In this document: positions 26,363 through 40,787 of the stretch, one piece after another | Numbering within the stretch: position 1 is the first letter of the stretch | Layout of the letters: every line of letters begins with the position of its first letter | Source: Chrysomallon squamiferum | Taxonomy: Eukaryota > Animalia > Mollusca | Assembly (NCBI GenBank): GCA_012295275.1 | Contig: CM022667.1 | Coordinates: forward strand, 6,076,001 to 6,140,000 | DNA: 64,000 nucleotides | Direction: 5' to 3' | Position numbers and translations under genes: made by a program | Notes under the pieces: generated by a model | Told to the model about the DNA's origin: nothing | What the model saw: only the letters and a program-made list of their open reading frames with translations | Databases searched by the model: none

Positions 26363-26396
26363 CTTTCTGTATAAACGTGATCTGTTATACACTTCT
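26363..26396 (-). CDS. Gene C: cytoplasmic exon 1 (34 nt)
   Basis: (K)KCITDHVYTE(R), tttag/gtattt. Same length and DHxY motif as in gene B. Confidence 0.75.
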
Positions 26397-26795
26397 CTAA
26401 AATAAAAAAAAAATCAAAATTAAAAGTAAAAGAGGTGAAATAATATTAATTAGATCATCAGTCCTGAATCCCTATAAAATTACAAAAATAATAATAATAA
26501 TAAAAAAACCATAAATTAAAGAAAAATATAAAAAGAAATTATGTGCAACGATAGAAGAAAACAAAATAAATTCATTAGATGATCTGTCCTGAATTTCTAT
26601 AAAATTACAAACATAATAATAACAATAAGAAACAACCATAAATTAAAGAGAAATATTTAAGAAATTATGTGCAAAGAAACAAGAAAAATAAATTCATTTG
26701 AATGTAGGAGTGCCTTAATAATAATAATAATAATAATAACAATAATAATAAAAAACAAATAAATCAAAAAAGTAAAAAAAGTAAAAAATATTCAC

Positions 26796-26915
26796 TTGTT
26801 TTAATCCAGTGAATTAAAATAATAACTGCACCGATAAGAAGAATTGCAAGCAGTGTAATTCCAATTCCAATACCAATTCCTGTCCACAGTAATCTGTCCT
26901 TTTCTGATGTACAGT
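26796..26915 (-). CDS. Gene C: transmembrane exon
   Basis: 120 nt, tttcag/gtgaat. Reads CTSEKDRLLWTGIGIGIGITLLAILLIGAVIILIHWIKT. Confidence 0.85.
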
Positions 26916-26920
26916 CTGAA

Positions 26921-27009
<89 letters not shown>

Positions 27010-27339
27010 AAAAATAATAGTAATAGTAATAATCATTGATATATAATTGGAAAAATATTTTCTAGTTGTACCTCAAGTTAAAGTAACTTGACAATTATTA
27101 TAAATTTAGCAATCACACAATTATAATAATTCATATTAACGTTTTCGGCAGTTTTACTGTAAAATGCCTATTAAATTAATATTTCACTGTACTGAAAGTA
27201 TAAGGGAAATTAAGTCAGTGCAGTAGCTCCATTCAAACTTTGACTATTACTCAGGGTAATTATCATCAGTTTCTTGAAGCCTGTTTCAGAAACTTTTTGT
27301 ATGTGTCATTGTTAAAAATTTATTTTTAATTGAATTTAC

Positions 27340-27639
27340 CACAAACAAATATTTCCTTTTCCTTGGTAAAGTGTTTGAATCCAAATTTGTTAAAAGCCAA
27401 AACTCGAATCAGATATCTGGTGTTTGGTTGTAAACTAGAAATCTCTGCTGTGTGATTTGTGTGAAGACCTTTTTCACCAAACTGTTCAGTGAGATTTGTC
27501 CACTCAGATGTTGTGTCTGCTCGATACTGTACAAGAAATGTTTGTTGTGATCCTCCATTAAATTCTTCTGTCCAAGACACTGACACTGAATGTGGACCTG
27601 TGATCCAAGTTCTCACATCAGAGGGAACAGTTGGAGGAC
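27340..27639 (-). CDS. Gene C: FN3 exon
   Basis: 300 nt paralog of 183-482. Confidence 0.9.
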
Positions 27640-28184
27640 CTTCGAATTAAACATTTTATCACTGGTTTGTTGAAAATACTCAAAGGTTATAAATAAAGGA
27701 TTTATCTCATATAACTGAATACATGAATATTTAAATGTTTTGGAAACTGTAGTTCTACTTCAGTTGAAATTAAATCTTTATCTACAATTCTGAAAGAAAA
27801 ATCATGTTGTTGGTTTGATAATAGTAGAAATGTTTTTAAACTTGAACTTTCAAATCAGATTAATTCATGAAGAAAACAGCTAAATGTTACAAACTTATCT
27901 GTCACAGGCTCAAATATCATTTATGCAAACGATGAACAAGAGCTTCACAAAAGATAGAAATGATATTGAATGACACACACATGCACATGCGCACAAACAT
28001 CATTCTGACCTGATACCATACCCATTTTATGTAGAATTTTAACTTTCTTACTATTACTATTTTATTATTATTATTATTATTATTTTTTTTTTTTTTTTTT
28101 TGTCATTTGTGCAGACAATATTTTTTAAAAAAATGAAAATATTTACACTCAGCTTTTACAAATAAAAAAACATTTTGTAATTAC

Positions 28185-28490
28185 CTTCTTCAGTGAGATT
28201 TAATTTTTCCACAAGATCTGTTTTAGATTCTCCATTTGACACAACAACCTGATAAATTCCAAAATCTTCTTGTTTAACATTTGCTAGTTTATATTCACCT
28301 ACAGCAGACACAACTGTAATGAGTACAGGTTGTATAGATCCAAGACTTTTATTTTTTACATCTGTGAGTTTATACCAGGTAAATGTTGGAACTGGATTGG
28401 CAATCACAGAAATGTGTAGAGTTACATTTCCACCTTCTACAGCAGCAAATTTGTTCTGAAATGAAACTCGATGATCCAGTCTGGGTGAAC
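28185..28490 (-). CDS. Gene C: Ig5 exon
   Basis: 306 nt. Reads SPRLDHRVSFQNKF...ANPVPTFTWYK...DFGIYQVVVSN. Confidence 0.9.
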
Positions 28491-29610
28491 CTGAAGAAAA
28501 TAAGTTCCTTATTATTCACATGCCAACAAAAGATACTTAAAACACAAAAATGAAAAACAAAACAAAAATGGAATTGCGAAGGAAGACATTCAGGAGAAAC
28601 ACTGTAAATACAAAATTAATTAAACTTTTCTAAATGACAGTAAGCTATATTAGACACATCCTCAACAATATGGTATTGCGGGAAAAGCAACAAGTCAATA
28701 TAATAGCTGAACAATTAAAACATAATACAGATAGTAAAATTCTGTATCTGCTAGCAGAAAATACAACTGTATGTAAACAACAAATGTAAAGTAACAATGT
28801 AAACTATTCTGAAAAAGTAACTGAAAGAAACAAATTTCAGTATGATTTTTTTATTGAGATGATAATTAAAAAAGATGGTTGAAAACAGACATGAATAAAA
28901 AGGTCTTGTTTCCCATTTCTGATCTAGATTTGTTTTCTTCACAAATGCTAAACAGCCCTTTATATTCACCAGTGAGCTGATTTATTTCGGACTTTTTTGT
29001 TACCACTTTGTAAGCATAGTTTTCTTTCTAAAGTATTCATTCTATTGTACCTATGAAATGGATTGTTAAAATTCTGATACCAAATACATAAAACATCACT
29101 AACATCAGTTAATTACAACATTTAGTAACTTGAGGATATAAAATTATAGTGACTTTTTTAATTATTATTATGTTTTTCTTTCTTCTTTTTTTTTTTTTTT
29201 TTTGTATTTTATCTGCATTAAACATTTGTGACTTGTGAAAACACTAATAACAATTATTGTCTGTGAATGTGGTATGTCAGAAGTAAGGTAAATGTATTTT
29301 TCTAGTGTATTTTGAAAAACTATATTAATAAACAGACTGCATGTCCCAGCAGTACACAATATCTGATTTGGCACATCAAAGAATTATGTTATACGTATAG
29401 TTTATAATCAGTTTTTTAATTAAATGTTTTTCTTCAAATACTGTTATTTTTCATCTTATTAATTCATGACTTAAAACTGCATCTGCTTGGTTCACATAGC
29501 AAAATTGTTTAATTTACTGGTTTTTTAAAATGTTTTTAAAAATGTACATATGACTATCCTTCAAACACCCCAGAATAAATCTATATTATTAAAGACAAAG
29601 AGTGACATAC

Positions 29611-29889
29611 ATGTAACAAGAAGCTGCACACTTTGACTGACATCAGACTTGATGTTGTTTCCTGCTTCACAAGTGTAAAATCCTGTATCCAGACATCCAG
29701 CTTCATTCCAGCTGTACTCCACAGACTTGGAGTTTTTCACTTCACGTAGAATGTGTGAGTTGTTTAACAGTTTGATGTGAGATGCTGGATTACTGTCAAC
29801 TTCACATCTCAGAGACATAGGAGTCAGTTCATCAACTGTTATCTTTGTAGACTTTGAGTTTAAAGTGAAAGATGTTATAGAAGTCTGAT
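29611..29889 (-). CDS. Gene C: Ig4 exon
   Basis: 279 nt, AG/gtatgt. Confidence 0.9.
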
Positions 29890-30437
29890 CTGTAAGAAAT
29901 ACAAAAGAATGTGGTGTATTGTGTCAAACACAATTCAGCATTAAATAACAAGGTTTATATTCAGTAGTTTTAATCATTTATCTGTTGGGTTGTTAACTTA
30001 TCACTTTAATTTTTGATACATAACATTATCTGATTAAGAGAAAATTAATAATAACGAATTAATAATTATTTTAGAAAAAACCCTGATGTTAATGAAAGAA
30101 AAGGCTCAGCCGGTAATAAACTGATGAAGAATATTATTTGATAGTATAGTAATGAATAGAGCCTACATCAAAACTACTGAAAACCTTATTTTATTTTTGC
30201 CTGTTTGTATATGATGTTACAGAAAAATCAAAAATGAACCAAAAAACAAAAACAAAAACAAACAAACCTAACAACAACAAATAAACAAACAACTAAATAA
30301 ACAAATATATATATATATATATAATTTGTTGATTTTGTAAATATAAGTAGATTTACATACATATACATACATATATAATCAGTAAAAGAATAAATATGTA
30401 AGTTTCTAAAGTAATTAATTTTAAAAAGTAAACTCAC

Positions 30438-30695
30438 ACAGGACATCCAGTGTAACTGTTGTGTAATTTGATTTGTTTGAGTTTGAGTTGACAGCTGTAC
30501 ACGTGTAGACACCAGCCTGTGACTTGTCTACATCATTTAAAGTCAACGCAGCACTTGTAGACTTTGTGTGAGTTTTAAACTTCCAAGTGAAAGAACAAGA
30601 TGTACGACAATCTGCTTCACACAACACAGCCACATCATCACCTTCCTGTACTGTCAGTGCAGAACTCACGTTCACTTTTACACTGTCTGGTCCAT
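30438..30695 (-). CDS. Gene C: Ig3 exon
   Basis: 258 nt, tttag/gtgagt, CEADCRTSC motif. Confidence 0.9.
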
Positions 30696-30860
30696 CTAAA
30701 GTACAAATAAAATATTATAGGCTGTTTTGTGCTCTTTCTCTGACGAAACACTTATCACACACATTGTACATTTTATAAAATAATTACTTTATTATACATA
30801 TGTATGTTTATTAATAATAATATTAAGAAACCAGACACAAATACACATGTTTGTGTCCAC

Positions 30861-30991
<131 letters not shown>

Positions 30992-31189
30992 ATATATACA
31001 TACAAACACATTAAACACTAATTTTTGTTTTACCTTTCTAATATAACTAATACATAAATTTTGTATTAACTGATACACCTTTCTTAGAAACTAATATATA
31101 GGAATCATATTAAAATTCCAAGATTTGGTTAAATCCTCTTCTAAACAATGATCGTATTCTATGAATAAAGATTATTAAATTATACTTAC

Positions 31190-31450
31190 AGTAAACATAG
31201 AGTTCAAACTGTTCAGATTGTTTCACTGACGTAGTGGGGTTGTTTGCTGTACATTTATATATTTCACCTGTCTGATGTCTACTGATGTGTGGCAGAGTTA
31301 ACTGAGAAGTTGTAGAAAGTATTTGATTGTTGAGTGACCAGGAATAGGAACAAGTAGGATTACAGAGAGAAGTACAGGTAACTGTGAGTCTGTCACCTTC
31401 TAGAACTCTACCAGGTGATGATGGACTCAGTCTGACACTGTCTGGACCAT
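31190..31450 (-). CDS. Gene C: Ig2 exon
   Basis: 261 nt. Reads GPDSVRLSPSSPGRVLEGDRLTVTCTSLCNPTCSYSW...YKCTANNP. Confidence 0.9.
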
Positions 31451-34005
31451 CTGAATGTGAAATATGAGGATATATATATATGTATGTATGTATGTATGTA
31501 TAAATGTATGTATGTATGTATGTATGTATGTATGCATTTATGTATGTATGTATGTATGTATGTATGTATGTATTTATGATAATTTATTTTTTAATTATAG
31601 CATAGATCTGATAATGGAAAGCAAAATATATTTGAAGCTAAATTGATAAAATGTCTTAATTTAGCAATGTTTCAACCATTTAAATGTTCAAAATATATTA
31701 ATACCAATGTCCTAAATAAAATAAATAAATAAATAAATAAATAAATGAATAAATAAATAAAATAAATAAATAAAATTAAAATTAAAATATAATGTTGGAA
31801 GTGTATTTGAGAAATTTGGTTTTCCACTGCCAATTCGATTTTGTAATAAATTTGTTAGTCTTAGATTTGCATAAATAACAAAGACAATTAGAAATACATT
31901 TTTTTAATATTCTTATTCAGTTATTTCTGCTAGCAGAATGGAATCTGACATAATGGGCATTTGTGAGGTCTGAAGAAGAGAGCTAAATCAGAAGTAACAG
32001 CACGGTGAAAGACTTGCATAACAACAATAAATACAGTAAAATATGATTTTTTTAAATGAAACATTACCTCAGATAGTGAAAAACCCTGCAAAATAGTGAC
32101 ATCAGTTATAACATAGAATAGCCACATAGAAAACAGAACAGCAAACAACGACACACAGAATCAACAAGGTCTTTCTCCTTTTCAGCCAACGCATTGTTAA
32201 CTCCATTCTTGCAGCACTCTCAAATTGAATCTTTCACCAAAATGTCTGATGTGCTACAAGTGAAACTTATGATTATCTTCCCACATGAAAGTAATCATCA
32301 TAAAAATGACAATCACTGCACCATAAAAGTAGAAACAGAGCAGGAATCACATAAAACAAAAGAAAACTTAGTTCCTGAAGTTATTTATAAGAGAAAGGAA
32401 TTGACAGGAGTGACAAATCCACCTCTTTATGAATGTTAAAATTCAGTATTGTCTTGTGATCAAAACATGTCTAGGAAATTAAAAACCTGAAAAATGAAGA
32501 GCTTGACTAATGCCCAGAATTAGTTCTGCAAGGAAACCAGAGATATACAATTTATTCTCATCCTACAGATAACAATCATCTATCATGAACCTGGAACACA
32601 GTTTGAGCCTAATGGATCAAACGACCCATTTTGTAACCTGCAATTTTGCTCAGAATTTGAAAGTTTTGTAATAATTCTGTCCATAGATTTATATACAATG
32701 CTCATGTGCTAAAGCTGAGAGTTGGTACAACACTCTAATTTAAGGTGAGTCTCTGTGAAGCTGAAAAAAAGCAATAAAAAGTTCAAAACCCTCCCCAGAA
32801 AAACAAACAGGGTTTGCCAAACTCCTGGAAACTGTCTAGAGCCTTTATCTGAGTCCTGGAAGTCAAATCCTTTAACTTTCAATTATTAGCAATTTCTCAT
32901 AACGGAACTGTTGAAACCAGTTTGCGCTTGTATTAGGAAAGGATTCAGCTGGAACAGGAAATCAAACTGAGTAAGACTGTTACTTAACTTAAACAGTAAG
33001 GGTAGCATAATAGCAATCAATATATTTTCTAAACCTCTGGCAGTAATACATGTTTGGGTTTCACGCGCTTTACTATCATATTACCTATATACACTCAGAA
33101 ACTCATATACATATTCATACACATACACACATAAGACATTCTTGTGTATAGATTATTTTACACATTTATGAATATAACGTATTAAGATGCATTTGTTTCT
33201 TTTGATACAATAATCTTGTCAGAGAGAATGATTCAGTTGGCTGTCAGTACTCTAAAAATTTACTGCAGATATTTAACAACAAAATCTAAACAGGGTACAC
33301 TTTTAAATCACAGGCATTTAAACATGATACTATTTTTTATCATGTTTAGTGATAAGAACTAAAAATCTTCTTTTAATTTCATTCACCAATCTTTCTACTG
33401 TATATTTCATCGTAACCTAATTTCTATTCTAAGTGTAACAAAAAGGATTATTGTTGATATAATAATCGTGTTTTAATCCAGTAGAATGGTAGATCTAGCG
33501 GTAATCTGACTGACGGGTTGTCCCCATTACTGTGTTTGCTTTCATAATTTTTTTTTTTTTTTTTTTTTGCTATTGTTTAATATTTTTTTCTAATCCTGTT
33601 CATTTCTATATAGAGATAAAAAGTAATTTTTGAGAAAAATTCAAAGAAAACAAAATTCAGGTGTGTACATCTTTACAATTTACAAAAACTAAATAATCTT
33701 CAAATAATACAAACCACCTATAGTTAAAAATGTCAGAGAATAAATCAGCTTTCCTAATTTCAACTACACATTCACATATTTCTACAAACAGTGAAATTTA
33801 ACCATTAATTTCATTATATTCTTAGAACTATTTATCTATTAGTTTTAATATTTATAAGTCACTGAAATTTTCATATATGGAATCCTTTTGATTTATAAGC
33901 AAAATTACAAAGTACTATATTGATACCAATACATAAAATTATTGCTGTGGGTAAAATTTACTGTTATTTTCTTATTATTACTTATTATTATTATTTCTTC
34001 TTCTT

Positions 34006-34073
<68 letters not shown>

Positions 34074-34477
34074 CATTATTGTTTAAACTTCCTTTTTCTT
34101 CCACAAATAGTCATAACAAAGAAACCAATGATTACATATAGAATTTTAAACAGTCTAATATAATATGAATGTTTCTAAAGTAACAACTATATGAAGATAT
34201 TTCAAAATTCTGATGGTCAAAACAAAAACAACCTTCAACCTGAATAGATAAAATTGCTTCCCTTTTTTTCTGGTACAAAACACAGAACTATTATTAATAG
34301 GGTAACTCGATTTATACACCAATATAACAGACGGTATTACATTTCATTATTATATTATTAGTTTTAATAAATATAATAAAGGAGATTAATTGTTGTAGTA
34401 TACATTGTTACATCAGCTGTGAATAAAAATATAATAATATACAAACATCAACACAAAACCAAACATGTTAAACTTAC

Positions 34478-34783
34478 ATAATTTAGTTTTGGTACAAGTT
34501 GATGGATTTCCATCTCCTCCATCCTGACATGTCCATGTTCCAACATCTGTATCAGTGAAAGACTGAATAGTTAGAGTTATCTGTGTTTGTGAGTCAACAA
34601 CAGCAGAGTAACCAGTTATTCCTCTACAAAAAGTGTTGTCTCTGTTACACTGTACAACTTGTCTTCCTCCTGGTGCTATGAAGATTATTCCAACTGTGAC
34701 TGAACCAGTTATTTTACACACCAACTGTGTACTGTGTCCTTGTTGTCCACCACCCATACACTCAAGTGTTGTAGTAGTCTCAC
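34478..34783 (-). CDS. Gene C: N-terminal V-like Ig exon
   Basis: 306 nt. Reads LECMGGG...LVCKITG...VVQCNRDNTFCRG...DVGTWTCQDG. Confidence 0.9.
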
Positions 34784-35312
34784 CTGTAATTATTATTAAA
34801 CATCAGGTATATCTATTATTTTAATATTACAGTTATTTTACATTCTGAGTACTTGTTGTACATACAGTCAAGTGTTGTAGTAGCCTCACCTGTAATTATT
34901 AAATATCAGGTATATCTATTATTTTTGATATTACAGTTATTTTACATTCTGTGTACTTGTTATACATACAGTCAAGTATTTTAGTAGCCACACTTGTAAT
35001 TATTATTAAACATTAATAGCAGATGTCATATGTAATACTGCAGGAAATGAAAATAATAATTACTGAAAATATTCCAACAATGAAAGTATGTTTTCTAAAA
35101 CTAAATTTAAAAATCTGCATTCATCATGAGATATTTTCGCTTTCCCAATTAGAGATATTAATCTAATTTTTATGTTTTTCATTCACTTTATCTTCTAACC
35201 AAACATTTTAGGATTTGACTCTGAGTATGATTGTGTCTGCTGGTCCTTAATCTTTTAACCCAAAATACTAAAACAAGTTTGTGTAAGCTTATGTCAGTGT
35301 CTCAGATTTTAC

Positions 35313-35373
35313 CTTTAACTACAGAGATGAGAGAAATGACGAGGGTAACTCCACTGATGATGTTGTTAATCAT
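35313..35373 (-). CDS. Gene C: signal-peptide exon
   Basis: Identical to the gene A leader, MINNIISGVTLVISLISVVK. Confidence 0.85.
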
Positions 35374-38300
35374 TGTAACCTAAAAACAAACGTAGAAATA
35401 ACTAAATAAATTCACGTATTAATATATTTATTTATTTACTTCATGCAAGCATAATTATGATTTAAAAAGATGACAGGGTTTATTCAAATATTTTCAATTC
35501 ACTCAGTCTGACAGATTATAGAAATTATATATTATAAAATTATTATGTACTTGTTGGCTCAACGTTTTAACATTTATTCCTGTTATAATAATATAAACGG
35601 AAATAATATCACAACATATCGAAATTTGATATTCTCACTAACTCGATTACAGTTATTATTATTATCATCATCATCATCAACAGCAGCAACATCGTCATTA
35701 TTATTATCATTAAGATAATTTTCTGGCAAGAATGATACGAATTTTAACATTTTCTTTAATATCTTGCTTTAACCAATTTTATCGGCAAAAAATTAATAAT
35801 TTTATTCAAAGTCGAATTCATCATTTTTTTATTAAATACTCTAAGTTGATAGGTTCATACAAACATAAAGAAAGAAACAGTGCGTTATATGTGTGTGCGT
35901 GTGTGTGTGTGTGTGTGTGTGAGAATGTGTGTATGCACACAGACACACACGCACTCACACACACATCTTCTCAAAGGCTTCAAATACATTCAAGGGTTAA
36001 AGTACTGAGTAACAGTTTACACTCCCACGCTGTTTAAACAAGCACTTTCTAAAAATAGAACAGTGAATACCTGACATACATTACCTGTTAACTCGAAACA
36101 CACTTTTAGCTTTTGTGTCAAACAAAAGAGATAAATTATAATTTCAAATAATTTATGATCTTTATAAAAAAAAAAATAATGATCATAATAATATACTGAT
36201 TATACAATGTACTGTGATATAATACATTAAAAAAGAAGAAGAAAAAAACACTTACAGATATATTTATCTGCATGAAGAAGAAATGTTCAGCAAGTAAATT
36301 AAACAACTAGGTCTCACCCGTTCAACTGTCGACCGCTTTACTGGTCTCCTTTCATTGATATTTTTTTTATATCTCTTTCACATTTACAAACAACTTACAC
36401 CAGTGGACTTAGTTTCGATAGATTACTAAACACTTATAAATAAAACTGATACGAATATCCTTGTTGACACACAACTCGTTCGTTCCGATTTCAAACTTAA
36501 ATTATTGCCATCTGATCTTTAACAGATGATTAGTTTTAGCTCAATTCTGTCTAATTTGTAAAGTTAATTAGTCTTTAGAGATGTGTCAAACTGAACGAAG
36601 CAACCTGCACATATAAGATTATATCAACAGTGACACCTGCTGTGCTGCTATTTTATTTAGATCATCACAAACTAGTACATTTATTTAAAAATATTTTTAA
36701 ATTCACATCCATCCACTTACTCTATATGATTTAAATATTTCATTAAAAGATCATAACATCTTTAATTTGGAAAGTAATGAAGAAAAAACGTTCTCATCTA
36801 AAATTATTTTTTAGAGATATCTCTGATTTTTTAGTTTTTTGTTGGTGACTGAGCAGTATGTACAAGTCTCAGGCAAAGCAAACTGTTAAGTAATCAGTAC
36901 AACAACACACACACATTTATTGTGTGTCGATGTAGTGCAATAGGGTCACGTTGTAAACTATAATTATATAAAATTGTGTAAAACGACAAGCTCACTTTCC
37001 TCAGCTACAGTTTCCTAATTTATAGTCAGTGGGAATTTCAAATGTTCATACTCTTTTATAATCCTGTTTTAAATTTACTTTCTTCAGATAATAACTTTTT
37101 TTTGCGAATTATTACATCAGACAGAGGTTAGTTTTCAGAGTAGATACGATTCTCAGTGGTAACATTAATTGATTTCGTTTTATTGTTTCTTTTTATTTAA
37201 TTACTGATGATAATGACGGACACACTGAACGACATTTTGTCGCAAAGATCACAGTTTAGGTCAAAAAGTGAATTTTATAAAAATTATTTCGTTTTCTTTT
37301 ATTTATTTATTCATTTATCCACTCTTCTTATCTGTTTATCTGTCTGTCAATTTATCTATTTAGATATAGACATAGATGCACATATAGATACACAACTCCG
37401 TTCACAGACAGAGAAAGAGTCACAGGTAATTCAAACGTCGATTACTTCCCTTGGTATATAAAGAGCAATGTGTCACTGATTCAGCGTTCCACAGTCGCGT
37501 GTTTCTGCAGTGCAGGGCCTCTTCACACAACACATATCTCCACCGAGATTTTAAACAACTTAGCAACTGACTGACACAGTTGACTGATATATTTGTTTTG
37601 TTATAAATGTATAGTGTCAGTATGTTATACTGATTCTGTGAACCAGTTTATTTGGAGAGGGGGGACGTAAACGACGGTCAAAAGGCCGGAGTTGCTAGGG
37701 GGAGAGTCTACGGTGATGCCCCCCACCATCCACGAATTTGTTTTCAGTCTACAATGCAGGAAACATTAAAACACATTTCTGCTGTGCACCACGACACAGG
37801 CCTGTTAAGACTTAATACAGTTCACATCGTCAGACGATTGTTTAGTTTTTTTTACACACCCTCGTGGACTGAACAGACTTTGGAAGCATGTGTAGACTCA
37901 GGTAGCATCTGCGGAACTGTGAACATTACACGAAATGTTAACGAGTTTGAACTGAACTGCAGTCATGTAATGAAAGATGATTTCTTTAACAAAAAAAAGG
38001 CAAACAGTGTTTCATTAGTAACTTTTTTGATAAAGTCATTTTCTACACTGAATTAAATTGATGATTTTTACATGCATGTATTAATTACTAATACAGTTTC
38101 CGTCAAATTTGGAAATTCAAAAATAAATTTATTTCTGATTATGTTTTCTTATTAGTTGTGTCATTTATTGATTTTGTTATTTATTTAATTTTCCAAAATG
38201 TAAAACAAACATCATTCGTGTATCGGTTCTCATAAATGTTTGAAATTCGTTAACTCGAACCTCCAGATCCCTTCCAGTTAGAAATATCGATCTTTATCTA

Positions 38301-38713
38301 TCTATCTATCTAATATAGATGCATGCGCGCGCGTGTGTGTGTGTGTGTGTGTGTATTTATGTGTGTGTATTTGTGTGTGTGTTTGTAAGTAAAAACAAAG
38401 AAATAGAATTACTCTTTATTCAAAATTAAATATTAAATGTTATTGTAATTCGGAGTCTAGTCATGACAACAACAAAAAAAAAAGTAAATAAATAAAAAAT
38501 TATATATATATAGTCAAGTTAGTAATCTTTGAAGTTAGAATATTCCTCTCTAATTCACTTACTGATGAACAAACATACACGTCTCACTATGGATGTTACT
38601 TAATCATTATCTGAAAATATCCTCGAATATGATATTTAGTTCACTTTCCTTGACATCACAGTCCTTTAAATAAACAAATATGATATACAATACACAAACA
38701 GAAACGTCTGGAT

Positions 38714-38823
38714 TTAGTCTGTGACTTGTGAGTTTTCATAGACAGTGAGTACAGAGTATGTTGAGTCTTTTCTAGCTTCCAGTGATGAGTAATGGTTTGC
38801 GCACTCTGAGTTATTGTCAGTAT
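38714..38823 (-). CDS. Gene D: last cytoplasmic exon with ITAM
   Basis: TDNNSECANHYSSLEARKDSTYSVLTVYENSQVTD*. Confidence 0.85.
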
Positions 38824-39737
38824 CTGAAACATAAACCACAATTTAATAGCTGGACAGCGTTAATACTACTATTAGTAGTAGGAGTACTGATAGTAAAAGT
38901 ACTACGTATAGTGGCAGTAGCCACATATCTGCATGTCATCGGTAAAACAAATTTAAACCTTTTCTCTGTAACGTTATTTGTTTTTACTCCTGCTTGAGAA
39001 CACTGAGAGTTTCTACTGACTGTTATTTTATTTAAAAAACTATTTCACTGAAATACAATCTTTAAATTATACTATTTAAATATTGGTATGAACTATTTAA
39101 GATGTTTTTCAAAATTCCTCTTAGATCAGCTACTGAACGCGGACATGTATTTCTTAGATTATTGATTCACTTCTAAGGAGCGTAGTCATACTGATTTGGA
39201 TTTGTTTTCTACAAAATAAATAACTTAATTTTTATAGACTTTTTTAAAGATGGCGTCGCCCATTTCCTGTGCTGCTCAGTGCATTTTTTTAATCGATTCA
39301 CAAGAACCGTGAACTGCAATCGCCAAACACTAACCTCCAAAAATCATCACAGTTCAACCCACAGACTTTAGATAGTTCAATCATTCAACGTTATGCCATG
39401 TTTTGTTTTTCTCTTCTTCTTTGGGTTTATTTGGGTTTTATTATGAGTTATACGATGTGCAACTTATGTTGTATTTACATCTGTCAGTGAACTTGATATG
39501 TCTGCAGTCGTGTTTTAGGAGAGAGCCACGATGCTTGCCATGGTAATCAACGACGAGTTATAATTGTGCTACTGGTGTGGTGCAGCTGAATACAATTTGT
39601 AACAATTTTCAAAAAACTCTGATGAATGGACACCTGCGATATTGACAATTTTTCTGGGCTCTTCAGGAAACCCTACAAGACAAGCACCACTGTATTAACA
39701 GTTAACTATTTGTTTTGTCATATTTAAAAACACTTAC

Positions 39738-39796
39738 CTTGATTTCGCTGAAGATCATCATAGATATGTGATTCCTGTTCTGTAGTGTTAAACTGT
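39738..39796 (-). CDS. Gene D: cytoplasmic exon 2
   Basis: QFNTTEQESHIYDDLQRNQ, 59 nt. Confidence 0.85.
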
Positions 39797-39852
39797 CTGA
39801 AAGAAACAAAACATTCAGTTATAATAATTTCAAGAGTCACACATACACACAG

Positions 39853-39890
<38 letters not shown>

Positions 39891-40035
39891 CTACACACAC
39901 GCACGCATGTAGAAAGATGCACATACACTAGGTTTAATTATTTTAATATAATGCTGTCAACTTTGTTGTGATAAATTACTCTAGATTTTGTTTTAGCATT
40001 AGATCAATTTTAGCATAAGATCAACACACACACAG

Positions 40036-40071
<36 letters not shown>

Positions 40072-40291
40072 ACAGACACACACACAGTATTTGTATATTT
40101 CTGGTTATAAAAAGATAAAAAGTAAAATATACATTTACTTTTATTTTAAGTGAAAGAAGAAAATTACTCTATCAGTATTTTTGTATTTCATTTTATTGAT
40201 AAATAGTTATTTATATACTGTTAAGTAACAAATATCCTCCAAAAGTAATATTTTCTTATTAATGCAAAAATTCAAAGTAACTTTTAGCTGC

Positions 40292-40341
<50 letters not shown>

Positions 40342-40753
40342 AATAAATAAATAAATAAACAAATAAACAAATAAATAAAATATTAACAAAAATTATAAAA
40401 AAATAAATAAATAAATTAAAAGCTTATCTAAACAGTTTAAATTATCTTTGTAAAAGTCTAGGTATTGTCTTACTATTCTCGAGTCCTCCAGCTTCAGAGT
40501 GTAGAATATTCCAATTAGAGCAGTATTAGAATTTAAAATACAATAGAATTTGTTTTATATTTGCATGCTACTAAAAGTCACTAATATTCTGAACGTGCTG
40601 TCTAATGTCTAAGTAGTTCACTTTATCAGACGCCTGATGCGTCGACTTCCTACTCTATATGTACGTATAACTATATGTCTGTGTGTGTTTCTGTCTGTGT
40701 GTGCGTGTATCCACACATACATCTGTGAGTTTGTGTATGTGTTATATAATTAC

Positions 40754-40787
40754 CTGTGTGCGTATATGTGGTCTGCCTTTGCCTTTT
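40754..40787 (-). CDS. Gene D: cytoplasmic exon 1, acceptor mutated AG>AA
   Basis: Plus strand reads 'gccttttttaaaat' versus 'gccttttctaaaat' in gene B. Confidence 0.6.

Noticed and set aside
26450-26700. ~125-bp degenerate intronic tandem duplication (also 16-bp doublet at 52764-52796 and duplicated donor snippet at 3521-3538)
   Set aside because: Ordinary local duplications with no evident function.
32150-32900. Possible coding relic in the gene C intron
   Set aside because: Multiple stops and no motif I can identify.
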